From positions 106,787,958-106,822,649 of the forward strand of contig NC_068986.1 of NCBI RefSeq assembly GCF_001194135.2: a stretch of DNA of 34,692 nucleotides, given 5' to 3'. A program made the position numbers and the translations under genes. Positions 21,182 to 34,459 of this stretch are shown here, piece after piece (the first letter of the stretch is position 1; every line of letters begins with the position of its first letter). Below the pieces are notes generated by a model. The model did not search any database. It saw only the letters and a program-made list of their open reading frames with translations, and was not told the origin of the DNA. The stretch is from Octopus bimaculoides. Lineage: Eukaryota.

Positions 21182-22407
21182 AATCTATCTTTATTTACAC
21201 ACACACACACACTGAGATATATGTGTGTGTTTGTGTGCTTGCGTGCGTGCATGCGTGTGTATGTGTCTGTCTGTGTCTGTGTGTTTACGTTTGTCTGCTA
21301 GCATTAAACAGTAGAAAAGACATCAAAATAATTTGGTGCAATACATAAAATTTATCTTACCGTTTCAAATTTCTTTAAACTTATACTTTAATGAAATGCG
21401 TTTTTAAAAGTTATGTTTCGCACACCAGTCACACAACGGAAAACTAAAGATGCTTTGTCGTGGAAAGTCAGATATGTATGTATATGTGCGTGCGTGTTTA
21501 TGTGCATGCGTGTATATAAATGGGACGGTGTGTGTCTATTATTGCTTTTTAATGCAGCCATGTATTTCGTAATACAATATACGCTTAAAATAATACGTAT
21601 TTCTTCAAGTTAATATTTATGATGTAAAATATCAGTGGCAAGCCATATGATTAAAGATATATAAAATTTGCGAGGCACGCGTTTGTATCCTGCTGAACAA
21701 ATCTAATTCACAGTTGCTGAGCCTTCTATCGGAATAAATATATTTAGATTATTACCCGAAAGATATCTAGACACATTATACCAGTTTACACATATGCACA
21801 TACTTGTACATAACAGCACAGTAAAATGCGTATACGTTGATATATAACTAGTTGATATGCATATAGACAGTTTTAAGATTACGTATATAATGTATTTAAT
21901 GTATTGGGTGAACGTGTGTTTTATTGTGACGTTGATTACAAATCGTTTATTCAGTCGGAAATAAATCAGCATTATGATCTCTTTTTTTAATTTTACTTAT
22001 GTTATAAGATGAATGATAAATTAGTGAGCGCACAGCAAAAATTAAGCTCTAACAGTAATGAAAAAAAAAAAAGGCATCGAAGAAGCGATGCATATCCTGC
22101 ACGCACACAAGGATTAAATAAAATTTGATTGAAAAAAATATATTCTCAGTCGTATTCATATTTAAAAAAACGACATCATGAATTATTTAACCTGCTTATT
22201 GTTTATGTAACAAAGAAAAGAAAATATTTTGATTCACCTGTTCGTCAATTTTGAAGATAATTAAACCAAAATTGAATAAGATTGAGCCACATACTCAATA
22301 GGCATATCGGCTAAATTCGGTAAAATTTCTTTCAGCCGTTTTCGCAGTAATGTCGCAAACACACAGACTAACAGACTAAGACAAGCGGTTACAATACCTT
22401 GCTTTCG

Positions 22408-22600
22408 CTTACAGCTGTAAGACATTGTCCCATCTTCGATCACTAGATGTCCTTTTTAATTACTGATATGACATAATATGTCACATGTGTTTCTATATGG
22501 TTTTTATTGTCCTCTTAGTTGAAAAATAAACAGGTAAATTGACATAATACAATGTCTGCAAGTTGATGAATACCACATATTCCCCTCCATTTTCTTATTG

Positions 22601-22602
<2 letters not shown>
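22408..22602 (+). mobile_element. Truncated second copy of the family-3 hammerhead element 3' end
   Basis: ACAGCTGTAAGAC..TGTCCC through GTTGATG..CATATTCCC.TCCATTTTCTTATTG aligns to 15716-15918. Both copies end at (TA)n. Confidence 0.75.
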
Positions 22603-22686
<84 letters not shown>

Positions 22687-22914
22687 TCTGTCTGTCCCAC
22701 AAACTGAAACTAAAACTAGATACCATTTCTATGATTTTCTTTTTTCTCTATCGTCCTTCCTTCTTTCTCTCTCTTTATGTTTCTCACTTTCCGTCGTCTG
22801 TCGCTCTCTTTGTGTCTCTCTTTCTTTTTCTCTCTCTCTTTACGTCTCTCTCTCCTCCCGTTGTCTCTCAATCTCTCTCTTCTCGTCTCTCTCTTTCTGT
22901 TACTCACTCTCTGA

Positions 22915-25141
22915 ACATTGCACCTCGGAGCTAGGACGGCCCAGTCAACATTCAAGTTACCTTTACATTTATCTAACAAACAAAATCCAGTTTATAATAT
23001 ATGTAAAAATTCTGCTGCAATGGGTGAACTAATACAAATATGTCACTTAATTGTCTGGGACGAATGTACCATGGCCCACATAAAAGCTTTTGAAGCTGTT
23101 GACAGAACATTACGTGACATTAGAAACTGCAATTCCATGGTGGCAAATGACACAGTACTATTGTCAAGAGACTTCCAACAAACACTACCAGTTGTTCCAA
23201 GAGGAATAAAAGTGGATGTATGCAATGTTTCAATAAAGTCTTCTGTATTATGGTAGCTTGTGAAAACACTTCAACTTTCAACAAATATGAGATAGAGGCT
23301 TTCCAGACATCAATCAGCTGAATGATTTGCAGAGCAGCTTTTGAAAACTGGTGAAGAGAGACTTTCAATTGATGAAGAACAGTTTCTTACACTAAATCCA
23401 TTATGTATTTCAACTCATTCCGTCTATGTTTTGGATGAAATCTTTCCTAATCTTCTTCATAATTACTACAATACAGATTGGAGCTGTGAGCGAGCAAGCC
23501 TGGCTGCAAAAAATGTTGCAGTACATAGCATTAATAATATGCTATTGAATAAACTTTAGTGGGAAATATTCACTTATAACCCAATTGACACGGTTCTTGA
23601 TGATTAGGATAGTGTTAACTACCCCATACAATTTTTGAATTCACTAGAACGATCAGGTACAGCTCCTCATTGTCTTCAGCTGAAAAAAGGGACTCCTATT
23701 AGACAATTGTGTAATTTATCTCAACCAAAATTATGCAATGGTACAAGCTTGATTGGGCACAACCTAAGGAACTGCACTGAAGCAAATATCCTCACTGGTG
23801 GTGGTGAAGGTGACACCACCTTCAATCATCGCATACCAGTTATACCATCTAATGTCTCATTCTCATTTTGACGCTTACTGTTTCCAATTCGAGTTTCTTT
23901 TGCCATGAGCATTAATAAAAGTCAAGGCCAAACACTAACGGAGGCTGGATTGCAACTTCAAGATCCATGATTTTCAAATTTCCATCTTTATGTACGAGCA
24001 ATACGTGTGAGAGTAAAAGCAAATCTTTTTCCTTATGCACCCCGAAAGAAATATTCAGTCTTCATGCAACATGAATACTTCATTAACTCAATTTTCCAAT
24101 ACTATCATTACATTCAAGAATAACTAAATTGCTTATTTCAGTGAAATGTATTATATAATTATGGTTACTGTACTGATGATACATAAAACTCCCTATTTCA
24201 TATAATAAACAAACAGAAGTTCATCGCTTTTCTACTTCAATTATTATATAAGCTCGACGCTTTAAAGAGATCAGAGCAGCTTTTGAAACTCGGTGAGTTC
24301 CATTTGATGAACAACAGTTTCTTACACTCAATGCAATATATAATTCAACTGATTCCGTCGATGATTTGATGTATGAAACGTTTCCTAATATTCTTCATAG
24401 TTACAACAATACAGATTACATCGGTGACAGAGCGATACTGGCTCCAAAACATGTTCCTCTACATACCATTAACAATATACTATCGAATAAACTCCCAGTG
24501 ACAATGTTGATGTTCAGGTTAGTGTCAACTACCCCATCGAATTATTTAACTAGGTATAGATCCTCATTTTATTCAGTTGAAAAAAGGGACTCCTATTATG
24601 CTACTACATATTTTGTCTCAAAATTATGCAATGGTATAAGGTGAATTGTGTACAAACTTCTTTAACTCGAACATTCTCACTGTTTGTAATACAGCCTTAT
24701 GTAACCAGAATAAGACAAAACACATTGTCCATAAAGTAATATTCATTCTTAATACAACATGAATACTTCAGCAGCTTCATTGACCATTACTAAAATTACA
24801 TTCCAGAATGAGTAAATTACCTATTTCAGTAAGCTGTATTATATAATTGCCATAAACAAACAGAACTTCTTGTATAAGAATGATCCTTTTTCTACTTCAA
24901 TTATTACATGACTTTCTCTTATAAAAATATTATGTCATCGCCATTACTGTATAGATAAAGAAAATAACAGATACAACCCACTTATTATTGTAACATCTTA
25001 AATAAACACAAGTTCATGCATGATATTGAGCTTTCTTCTACTTCAGCTATTACATGGTTTCCACCCATACAGGAGGAGTAAATTATACATATAATAATAC
25101 TTTCAATGTGGCTCCCGATCAACGACGACTTTTACTGCTAG
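22915..25141 (+). mobile_element. Decayed Helitron: Pif1-family helicase pseudogene, partial tandem duplicate, and CTAG 3' end
   Basis: RTAQSTFKLP, LIVWDECTM, DFQQTLPVV, PKLCNGT, FAMSINKSQGQTL, with stops. 24270-24920 repeats 23335-24250. CTAG|T at 25138-25142 follows a degenerate hairpin region. Confidence 0.88.
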
Positions 25142-25147
25142 TATATC

Positions 25148-25205
<58 letters not shown>

Positions 25206-25595
25206 CATACGCATCTACTCATATACTTCCCTTTTAACTCTACCCTAAACGCATGCGTTATATTTGAATACATATTTGTAACTTGGAATAGAACATTCTA
25301 TGGCCCTCATCATAAACTTTCTCATTGAAAATGTAACTTACCCAAATAATGTGTACTTCATATTCAAGGGTCTGATGAAGCTATAGAATGTTATCCGGGT
25401 ATTCACGAAGAGACCATCACATCTCACAGAAGAAACAACTATAATGAAGTTTATGTAATGAATATTACAAAACACCTGATGTTCCTTGTGTCATCTCTTT
25501 GTTTTCTGTTAGCACTCTATGCTTGTGTAACATTACTGTGTTCTCGACCATATGTATATTGAGTTCCACACCAAGTTAGTCCCGTTATGCCCAAG

Positions 25596-25640
<45 letters not shown>

Positions 25641-26897
25641 TTGCAAGATTTTTTATGTGAAATCGTGTGTTGAAACAGATGTTGTTGTACTTGGGGATGG
25701 TCATATTGCCAGTTTAGCCNNNNNNNNNNNNNNNNNNNNNNNNNNNNNNNNNNNNNNNNNNNNNNNNNNNNNNNNNNNNNNNNNNNNNNNNNNNNNNNNN
25801 NNNNNNNNNNNNNNNNNNNNNNNNNNNNNNNNNNNNNNNNNNNNNNNNNNNNNNNNNNNNNNNNNNNNNNNNNNNNNNNNNNNNNNNNNNNNNNNNNNNN
25901 NNNNNNNNNNNNNNNNNNNNNNNNNNNNNNNNNNNNNNNNNNNNNNNNNNNNNNNNNNNNNNNNNNNNNNNNNNNNNNNNNNNNNNNNNNNNNNNNNNNN
26001 NNNNNNNNNNNNNNNNNNNNNNNNNNNNNNNNNNNNNNNNNNNNNNNNNNNNNNNNNNNNNNNNNNNNNNNNNNNNNNNNNNNNNNNNNNNNNNNNNNNN
26101 NNNNNNNNNNNNNNNNNNNNNNNNNNNNNNNNNNNNNNNNNNNNNNNNNNNNNNNNNNNNNNNNNNNNNNNNNNNNNNNNNNNNNNNNNNNNNNNNNNNN
26201 NNNNNNNNNNNNNNNNNNNNNNNNNNNNNNNNNNNNNNNNNNNNNNNNNNNNNNNNNNNNNNNNNNNNNNNNNNNTATATATATATATATATATTACAAT
26301 AAAGTATTAATTAGAAAGAGACAAATTTTCAGGTCGATAATAATCCTCATCAAAGCCGACATTTATTTAAACACAGAGGGTATATATAAGCCATTATAAA
26401 TATGCGAACATACAGCGTGACCAAATCAAAGTCGGATGAAGAATTGCATATACACATACACACGAATCAAAAGGTCTCAAGCTGATGAGATGACGGTTCA
26501 TAATAACCGAAAGACAAGTTTTCAAACGAATCCAATATATACGAAAGATTCTTACGGCCATTTCCGGGAATGTGCGAGGAAGTGTGTAGGTAAATTGTTT
26601 TCATATTCAGTAATTCACATTTCCTTCATCAGAGATTACGCACGGATCCAGAATATTAAATAAGATCATAAAATTATTCATGATGTTGTAAGAATATTTT
26701 GAAGCTGTTGTAATTATATACAAGTATAAAAATTTCATAAATTTCGGGATTGTAGGTAATTGAACAAACGTTTATAGTGTGCAACTACAGAAAAAAAATT
26801 ACCAAAAATTGCAACATTTATACATTTAGTCAGTCCATGAAATATGAAATATGTGTAGGACGAGTTCAAAATTTGGTGGAGAAAGATAATTTAGAGT

Positions 26898-27162
26898 GTA
26901 AAGATTGTTTGCCAACATAAGAGGGCAGTCCTGGTTTAGGACGAATGTTGCTGAAATTTAGCCCCATGAGACATCATCTCCAGCTGACAATACGACACGA
27001 TCTGTATCCCTATATTTTCGGACAAGGGAATCTTGTTATATAAAATATAAGGACACAGATCGTGTCGTATAGCCAGCTGGAGACGATGTCTCCTGGGGCT
27101 AAATTACAGCAACATTCGTCCTAAACCAGGACTGCCATGTTATGTTGGCAAACAATCTTTAC
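26898..27162. mobile_element. Foldback/MITE-like hairpin: ~121-bp inverted arms, 23-bp spacer
   Basis: 26898-27018 is an imperfect reverse complement of 27042-27162. No clear TSD. Confidence 0.8.
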
Positions 27163-27598
27163 TCCAAAGTACTTTTGCTTAATGTCTCACGTTGTGAGAT
27201 TTCCAAATAGTAATTTTCTAATTCAAAGTGAATACATATATATATAGGTTAATCGAAAGCACTCACCCACACTAGAAAAAACTTCTTCCAAAGAGGTTAG
27301 TAACATCCTGATAAAAGTTTTTATAATTTTGTAAAATATGATTTTAAAAAAAGTACCCTTTATACTTCAAAACTATTAAGAAATCTTCACCAATTCTTTC
27401 AGATAAATATGTACATGCTTCAGACAAAAGAAAATCACCTCACTTCAGCACAGATGGGTAATAAGAATTTAAATAAATCACCGAGGAATAAGAAAATCTG
27501 TCATGAACTTCATAAGCTTACAGCTGTTTCTGCTACTAAAATGCAATGTACTTAATGTGGGGGTGCTTGTGTATTACCACATAAAATTAGCGGAAATT

Positions 27599-27639
<41 letters not shown>

Positions 27640-28174
27640 NNNNNNNNNNNNNNNNNNNNNNNNNNNNNNNNNNNNNNNNNNNNNNNNNNNNNNNNNNNNN
27701 NNNNNNNNNNNNNNNNNNNNNNNNNNNNNNNNNNNNNNNNNNNNNNNNNNNNNNNNNNNNNNNNNNNNNNNNNNNNNNNNNNNNNNNNNNNNNNNNNNNN
27801 NNNNNNNNNNNNNNNNNNNNNNNNNNNNNNNNNNNNNNNNNNNNNNNNNNNNNNNNNNNNNNNNNNNNNNNNNNNNNNNNNNNNNNNNNNNNNNNNNNNN
27901 NNNNNNNNNNNNNNNNNNNNNNNNNNNNNNNNNNNNNNNNNNNNNNNNNNNNNNNNNNNNNNNNNNNNNNNNNNNNNNNNNNNNNNNNNNNNNNNNNNNN
28001 NNNNNNNNNNNNNNNNNNNNNNNNNNNNNNNNNNNNNNNNNNNNNNNNNNNNNNNNNNNNNNNNNNNNNNNNNNNNNNNNNNNNNNNNNNNNNNNNNNNN
28101 NNNNNNNNNNNNNNNNNNNNNNNNNNNNNNNNNNNNNNNNNNNNNNNNNNNNNNNNNNNNNNNNNNNNNNNNNN

Positions 28175-28641
28175 CTTGTCTTCACGTACTTTCCAACTTT
28201 CCATTTTTTTTTACGTCTACGTAGCATAGGAGTTAAAAGCTTAGTATTCTGGTGCATCTGTTCGGTGTGGTGTACCAGGATGGTCGAAGTTGAATGACTA
28301 AAATGAGTAAGATATAAAGTATAATGAATAACTCGTTAATTATGTTGGAAATTCCTCTTTATTTTCTTGGAATAATCTGCAGAACAAGATAATTGCTGAG
28401 CGCATGATACACACGGAGAGAACTTTTGAGCGGAAATCGAAAGAGACGTAGGTTCTAATGCATAATAATAGTATTTTAAGGCACACGTGATATTTATTGC
28501 TGAATGTCTACTGTCAAAAACATCTGAAGTTTTATTTATTATGAAACAGCTGCTGTCTGCAATGCGTTGTCGTTAAGAAGAAATTCAAAATTTATATATA
28601 TCATTCCATATTTCTAAGGCAGCAACCTTCAAGAGTATAAG
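28175..28641 (+). promoter_or_regulatory. Putative promoter and non-coding exon 1 of paralogue B, donor AAG|GTAAGG (GT at 28642)
   Basis: Homologous to 1620-2128. Intron homology resumes at ~29400, matching ~2160-2340. Confidence 0.55.
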
Positions 28642-28673
28642 GTAAGGGAAAGTGTGGTTCGTTATTTATTTAA

Positions 28674-28893
28674 CCCTTTCGGCCCAACTCGTACATATTT
28701 GTACCAGTCAAACATTTTACAACCTATGCGATGCAGTATAGTAGTGCTCCGATTTTTCTGGTATGTAGCCCCAAACGTATGATCGGAGTGTATGAGACTA
28801 TAATGACGGCTCAAACGGGTGGTGTGCGTACAAACCCCACGTCATTACCGACTTGAGAAAAGATTCTTGAGAAAAAATTCTGAGTTGAAATGG
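28674..28893. mobile_element. piggyBac-type non-autonomous element
   Basis: TTAA|CCCTTTC at the left end and GAAATGG|TTA at the right end. Absent from paralogue A at the homologous TTAA. Confidence 0.6.
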
Positions 28894-28896
28894 TTA

Positions 28897-29395
<499 letters not shown>

Positions 29396-29749
29396 ATGGT
29401 TATGTATTTAATGTTTTAAAACACTCACAATATTAAACATATGTAAGGCATATACCTTAATAGAATGCGAAATTTCATTGATAATGGAAAAGTTTTAATA
29501 TTTCATTTCTCAAGTTTTATATTTCACATAAAAATAATGCAAGATATATACACACAAATCACACGCACGTACACGCACGCGCGCATATAAGCTTATCTAG
29601 AACTTTAAAAAATACCTAAAATGTATTGGGCTTTTTAGGCTAAAGCTAGGTAAGAGGACTTTCGGAAGGTCCTTCATTAATGACAATGCATCAGCCTACC
29701 CTCTCAAAATCCAAAGTAAGTTACCTTCTTCCACTTTGTTTCTCCGATA

Positions 29750-30900
29750 AACATGGTCGTTTTCAGAGTAGGGTGTGTGTATGTTCGTGGCTTGGTATCA
29801 GCTTGGAAGCAAGGTCACTTGCTAAACGACCTTAGTTCGCTCGATTTAGATGTGGCTGCAATTAGCAAGACAAGGATTTCTAATGCGCAAGCATTATCCC
29901 CCATTTTCGATGATGTGAGATATTCTCATCATGCGATCTGTCGGGAACGGTGGGGTATCAGTGGTATTCTGAAAATCCTTAGATCTCGAAGTAAAGGCAA
30001 TCAATCGTCTTGGATCTGGGCGGCAGTTTGCTGGTCTTAGTTGTCGGTAGCCTGGTCGGAGAAGCGCAAACGTGCGCTATCCCGAGCAGGTCTATCGAGG
30101 ACAACCGCCACCTTATGCGATACATCATAGAGAGGGCTGAGGCCACAGTTGGCTTCGGGGGTACTCTGATCCATTTGGATCAATCAAAAGCATTTGATAG
30201 TGTCGACCATCACTACTTGGAAACCGTCCGGAGAAGAAGCGGATTCGGACACGTTTTCAGAGACTGGCATGCTGCAATGAAAAGCAGCACCTGTTCAGTG
30301 GTCAAAGTAAACGGCCCCCTATCGGAGCCGTTTGGCATCTCACGCTGGGTCCATCAGGACTGCCCGCTATTGCTTCTTCTGTACGTATTAGCACTGAAGC
30401 TACTACTGCTGTAGCTGGAACAGTCAAGGGGCATCTCTTCCGACCTGGGTCAAGGAAGGGCAGTGTCAGCATACGCAGGCAATGTCACCATCGTGGTATC
30501 GGACTCCTCCAAAGTGGCGACGGTCGGCACCATTCTAAAGAAATATGAGTCGGTCGCAGGGGCTAAGATCAATGCCGATAAATTGATCGGTTTGCAGTTG
30601 GGCTCCTGGAGAGGCAGGACGATACCCATAGATGGCGTCGTCGGACCAGTTAAAGTGCTCGGGGTCTGGTTTGTTCCAGGCCTGCAAGTTGATAAGGACT
30701 GGAACGAAGTGGCGAACAGGGTGGCCAGTCTCACCCAGACATTGACTGAAAGAAAGCTGTCCCTGAAAGGTCGGACATAGGTGGCGAATGTTTACATCTC
30801 TGTTATCATCTATCGCCTGATCGTCGTGCCTTGTCTCGGTTACTGCTTGACCAGACTGGATCGTCTCTTATTTAAATTCTTGTGGACGGCATGCCTTCCG
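29750..30900 (+). mobile_element. Tx1/L1-type LINE remnant: APE N-terminus joined to a decayed RT
   Basis: VGCVYVRGL..DLDVAAISKT, then SRSIEDN, LDQSKAFDSVDH, VHQDCPL (VRQGCPL-like), SAYAGNV (YADD-like), RKLSLKGR. Confidence 0.88.
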
Positions 30901-30901
30901 A

Positions 30902-30932
<31 letters not shown>

Positions 30933-30935
<3 letters not shown>

Positions 30936-31044
30936 ACGTGCTTTCACTTCACTACCGAGCGCAGCTCTGTGCGCCTTGGGTATGTGCTGTGGTTTGCTGT
31001 GGTGCTCTTATGTTTACTGTATTGAAAGTGTTTTGCGTAGAATG
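30933..31044 (-). mobile_element. Very short 3' fragment of R4/Dong family A, with (TTA)n on both sides
   Basis: Near-identical to 4565-4678. Confidence 0.9.
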
Positions 31045-31046
31045 TA

Positions 31047-31072
<26 letters not shown>

Positions 31073-31078
<6 letters not shown>

Positions 31079-31866
31079 CCAAATCAATTCTAATTCAATC
31101 CCTATTAAAAAATTGAACTAGTGTCTTCCATTATCTTTAGCCATGGACTGTCATCAGATCTTCACTTATGGAACTACTAATGGATTTCATATTTTAGATA
31201 TAACTTATTAATTCTTTGATCATGGAAATATATATATATATGTATAGGAAGAGAGCATTTACAAGTTTTCGTCAAACGACGCAGTGTAATCGTTATGTAT
31301 TATGAGTTTGGCCTCACCCTAACACTTTAATTGCAACTTGAACATGTGGCACTGAGAGTGGCTATCAAAGGTGGCTATAAGTTGTTACTCATTGAACGTG
31401 TGGATATCGATTGAAATAGAAAATTAAAGGGGAAAGATTTGGTATCACTCGAAAAACATTTGGTTTTAATAGAGAATACAAGCGTAGTGCAGAGTAGTTG
31501 TGATAAAAGGTTAAAGTATCTTACAATTGTTTCTTGAGTGGCCAAGCATGTGGATCAAAATATTGAGTTAGGTTTCCTGGTATTCTATTGTCGAGGAGAG
31601 AGAAGTGACAAGCATACAAACGAAGAATATCAGCAATCAAGGATATTAATACTTGCTGGTTCAACTTGATATGAAGGAAAGACCAGAATGAGAAGTCTAT
31701 GCGTTTGGTAGTTCCATGATCAAAAAAGTAATAAATTTATCTAAAAGATGAAATTCATCAGCGGTTCCATAGATGAAGATTCGCTGACAATCCATAGCAA
31801 ATGATAATAGAAGTTACAAGTTCCATTTTTGAAGAGAGAGTAAATCAGAATTGACTTGGAATAATA
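31073..31866. mobile_element. Old element with ~155-bp diverged terminal inverted repeats
   Basis: 31073-31228 is a diverged reverse complement of 31712-31866 (ATTATTCCAA...TTGGAATAAT). Confidence 0.65.
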
Positions 31867-32055
31867 TACTACACTTATGTTTTCAAATGATTTCATGCAT
31901 TCAATGTATTCAAATATTGAAGATTATAAAGTCCAACATATAATGTCTTAACCATACATAAGAGCCACATTTCATAAAAAAATACGTCATCATTCATGAT
32001 ATGAAAATATCCAATATTTAATGACAGCTTTTGCTTCTTCCTTTTTTTCTTACAG

Positions 32056-32164
32056 ATGTTTACACATTCAGTTTTGTGTTCTGGTTTAGTCTTTTTTTCT
32101 AGTCTTATGTTATTCCGAAATCTAATCCTATCTAATGTTCTTGTGACAGCTGCTATACCTAAGC
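32056..32164 (+). CDS. Paralogue B exon 2: MFTHSVLCSGLVFFSSLMLFRNLILSNVLVTAAIPK, phase 1. Later exons probably lie beyond the window.
   Basis: TTTTCTTACAG|ATG and C|GTAAGT. In-frame 3-nt indel relative to paralogue A. Confidence 0.75.
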
Positions 32165-32612
32165 GTAAGTACCAATTCCCTTTACATTCTAAAATATTTA
32201 TTTGATGCAGTAATCTAATAACTGCTTCGTTCTTCGTTTAAGTACACTCGCTCTATTTCCTGTGATGAATTCCAATATCTTAAATCATCAGATATTTCTG
32301 AAACAATGTTTCGAACCCATTATCCCACCAGGACGAATTCGCTAATTTTACGCATTTCACTAGAAAATCTGACTTAGTAACAAGCTTGTAAAAAAAGCTA
32401 AAATGGCCGAAAAAGAAGGCAACCATTAACTATTTCTTTAGCTGCAATTCTAATCCACATTGCTTTATGTTTTTTTATAGTTTTTATGGAACTACAAACA
32501 ATACTACCGGTACGTTTTTATCTTTTGTGAATTATGTATCACTTTTAGTTCTGTTAAATAACCTACACAAAAATATTATGTCGTCAGTCCAGGGCATTCT
32601 CTATTTAATTCC

Positions 32613-32910
32613 AGAAGAAAGTAATTCAACAACGCGGGTTGATGAACCGTAAGACGTGTGGCCAGAACCTCCTGGAAAATAACCATAGCGAGGGACATTC
32701 CACAGTTGAATTAGAACAGTCACAAACAGTGAAAGAAGACATGCACCCAACACCAGAGCTGAAGACACCTCCGAAAGGGGGTGGCCCCGCCACGTCAAAA
32801 CGGTAGAGGAGTAGGGGCCGAAACCGGACGTGGTTCCTCCTGATGATGTCTTGAGCTAACTGGATCCTATAAAGGAGCTGTTGTGGTAGCAGACCACGAA
32901 ACATGGTTGA
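32613..32910. mobile_element. 298-bp unclassified insertion with 6-bp TSD AATTCC
   Basis: Absent from paralogue A (~10660). AATTCC at 32607-32612 and 32911-32916. Confidence 0.6.
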
Positions 32911-33491
32911 AATTCCTCCTTATGAAATACTGGCTTTGAATACAATGATTCTTTGTCTCAATCTACCACTAACATTTGCTTACGGAGACTTGCATATTTA
33001 TTTTTTAACTAACTCCGGTAAATTCGAAAGTGAATGTGTTATTCGCTAAAATATTTTGACTCAGGGGGACAATTTCTCTTTTACAACGTATAGGTTTTCA
33101 TAACACAACACAATCGATTCATTACTAAGAAGGTTGTGGTATAGCCGATGATTCCACATCGCGGTGTCCGGTCAACCAAAAACACAACGTGGCCAATGAA
33201 TCTAACAAGAGCTGTCCTCAGAAACCCTCGTGTTAATGAACCGTGTTTGATAAAAACAGTGGTAGTAAAGGAGAGGTTGTTGTCCAGTGAGGAAAAACAT
33301 CAGCAATCAACGTACTCAGGTTCGAATATACCGGAACGCATTGCATATTCATGGATACAATCCATCGGTTTTTTTTCTTCCCACTTTGCATATAGTGATT
33401 CATGACATTTAGTAAGCTTCCTTTTAGTGATCAAATTCAAATACATGACTTCTCTGATACCTTTTCGTAACCTTATTATTGATATATATGT

Positions 33492-33543
<52 letters not shown>

Positions 33544-33953
33544 ATGTCTGTATGTTATACGACTATCCTCGTCATTGGGCCGATTATATGATATAATATG
33601 ACATAAAATCAAGAGGTCTAATTTAATATTTTAGTGAATTAATATAATATTGAAGCTCTTAGTTTCAATAATCTACAAATGAAAGTAGTTAATACTCCAT
33701 CTCCTCTGTCTATAAATGATCGGTCCTTGAATTTATAATTGATAAATAAGCATCGTATGTTACTGTTACCTCCAGATTGCAAAGGATGTTTGTATGCAGA
33801 TAAATGCTTCTGTCCCAACCAAACTGTCATTATCAGAAAGACATATGATTGTATTCTTCTAGAATGCAGAGGAACTTACGCTGACATTAAGAGACTGTGT
33901 AAGTAAATATAAATAGTATATGTTCTCACATATTTTACATCCAGTATCATATA

Positions 33954-34063
33954 GGCGCAAGCATAGCTTCATGGTAAGGAACTTGCTTACCAACCACATG
34001 GTTCCGGGTTCAGTCACACTGCATGACATTTTGGGGAAGTGTTTCCTACTATATCTTCGTCGG

Positions 34064-34101
<38 letters not shown>

Positions 34102-34316
34102 CAGTGTGTATGCGTACGTGTGAGCGCGAGTATTTGTCTGTGTCTGTACCCTCTCTCCATCGCTTCAAAACATGTGTTGATGTGTCCATATCACCGTAAT
34201 TTTGCGGTTACCAAGCTTAAAAACAAGGAATTATGCTGAGTGATTCGACCAAAACTCTTCTAGACAGTTCCCCAGCCATCCCGCAGACTGAGGACGGAAG
34301 TAGGTAAAAGATAAAA
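33954..34316 (+). mobile_element. Old SINE shared with paralogue A (11541-11915)
   Basis: tRNA-like head with GGTTCAGTC, TG tract, same flanks as the copy in A. Confidence 0.75.
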
Positions 34317-34459
34317 CATAAAAGAACGTATTGGTGTAGTTGGTATCAACTATGCATAATTTTTCAAATATTTAAAACTAGGGGAACCCATGGAAATTAA
34401 CTAAATGAAAAAATGGACCTATATATACGTTTGTGCGAGTATTATATATGTGTGCGGGG

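Noticed and set aside
25347-25562. Open frame ending in a hydrophobic stretch (..LMFLVSSLCFLLALYACVTLLC..) as a transmembrane terminal exon
   Set aside because: Weak acceptors, no paralogous support, and AT-rich DNA readily yields hydrophobic frames.
26320-26640. Three CTGATGA/GAAA-like motifs (26320-26360 -, 26482-26525 +, 26590-26635 -)
   Set aside because: No consistent stems I and III could be built. At best very decayed pseudo-LTR remnants.
3305-28174. Long ORFs in the track full of X, or of HT/CV/YI/LS repeats
   Set aside because: They span N-gaps (3305-3789, 6841-7252, 7746-8346, 12419-12961, 13741-14550, 17142-17400, 18043-18052, 18843-19074, 20413-20725, 25720-26275, 27640-28174) or translate microsatellites. 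They are artefacts.
32262-32372. Possible C/D box snoRNA (GTGATGA ... CTGA) in paralogue B intron
   Set aside because: Box C and the terminal box D are not conserved in paralogue A even though the sequence between them is largely identical.
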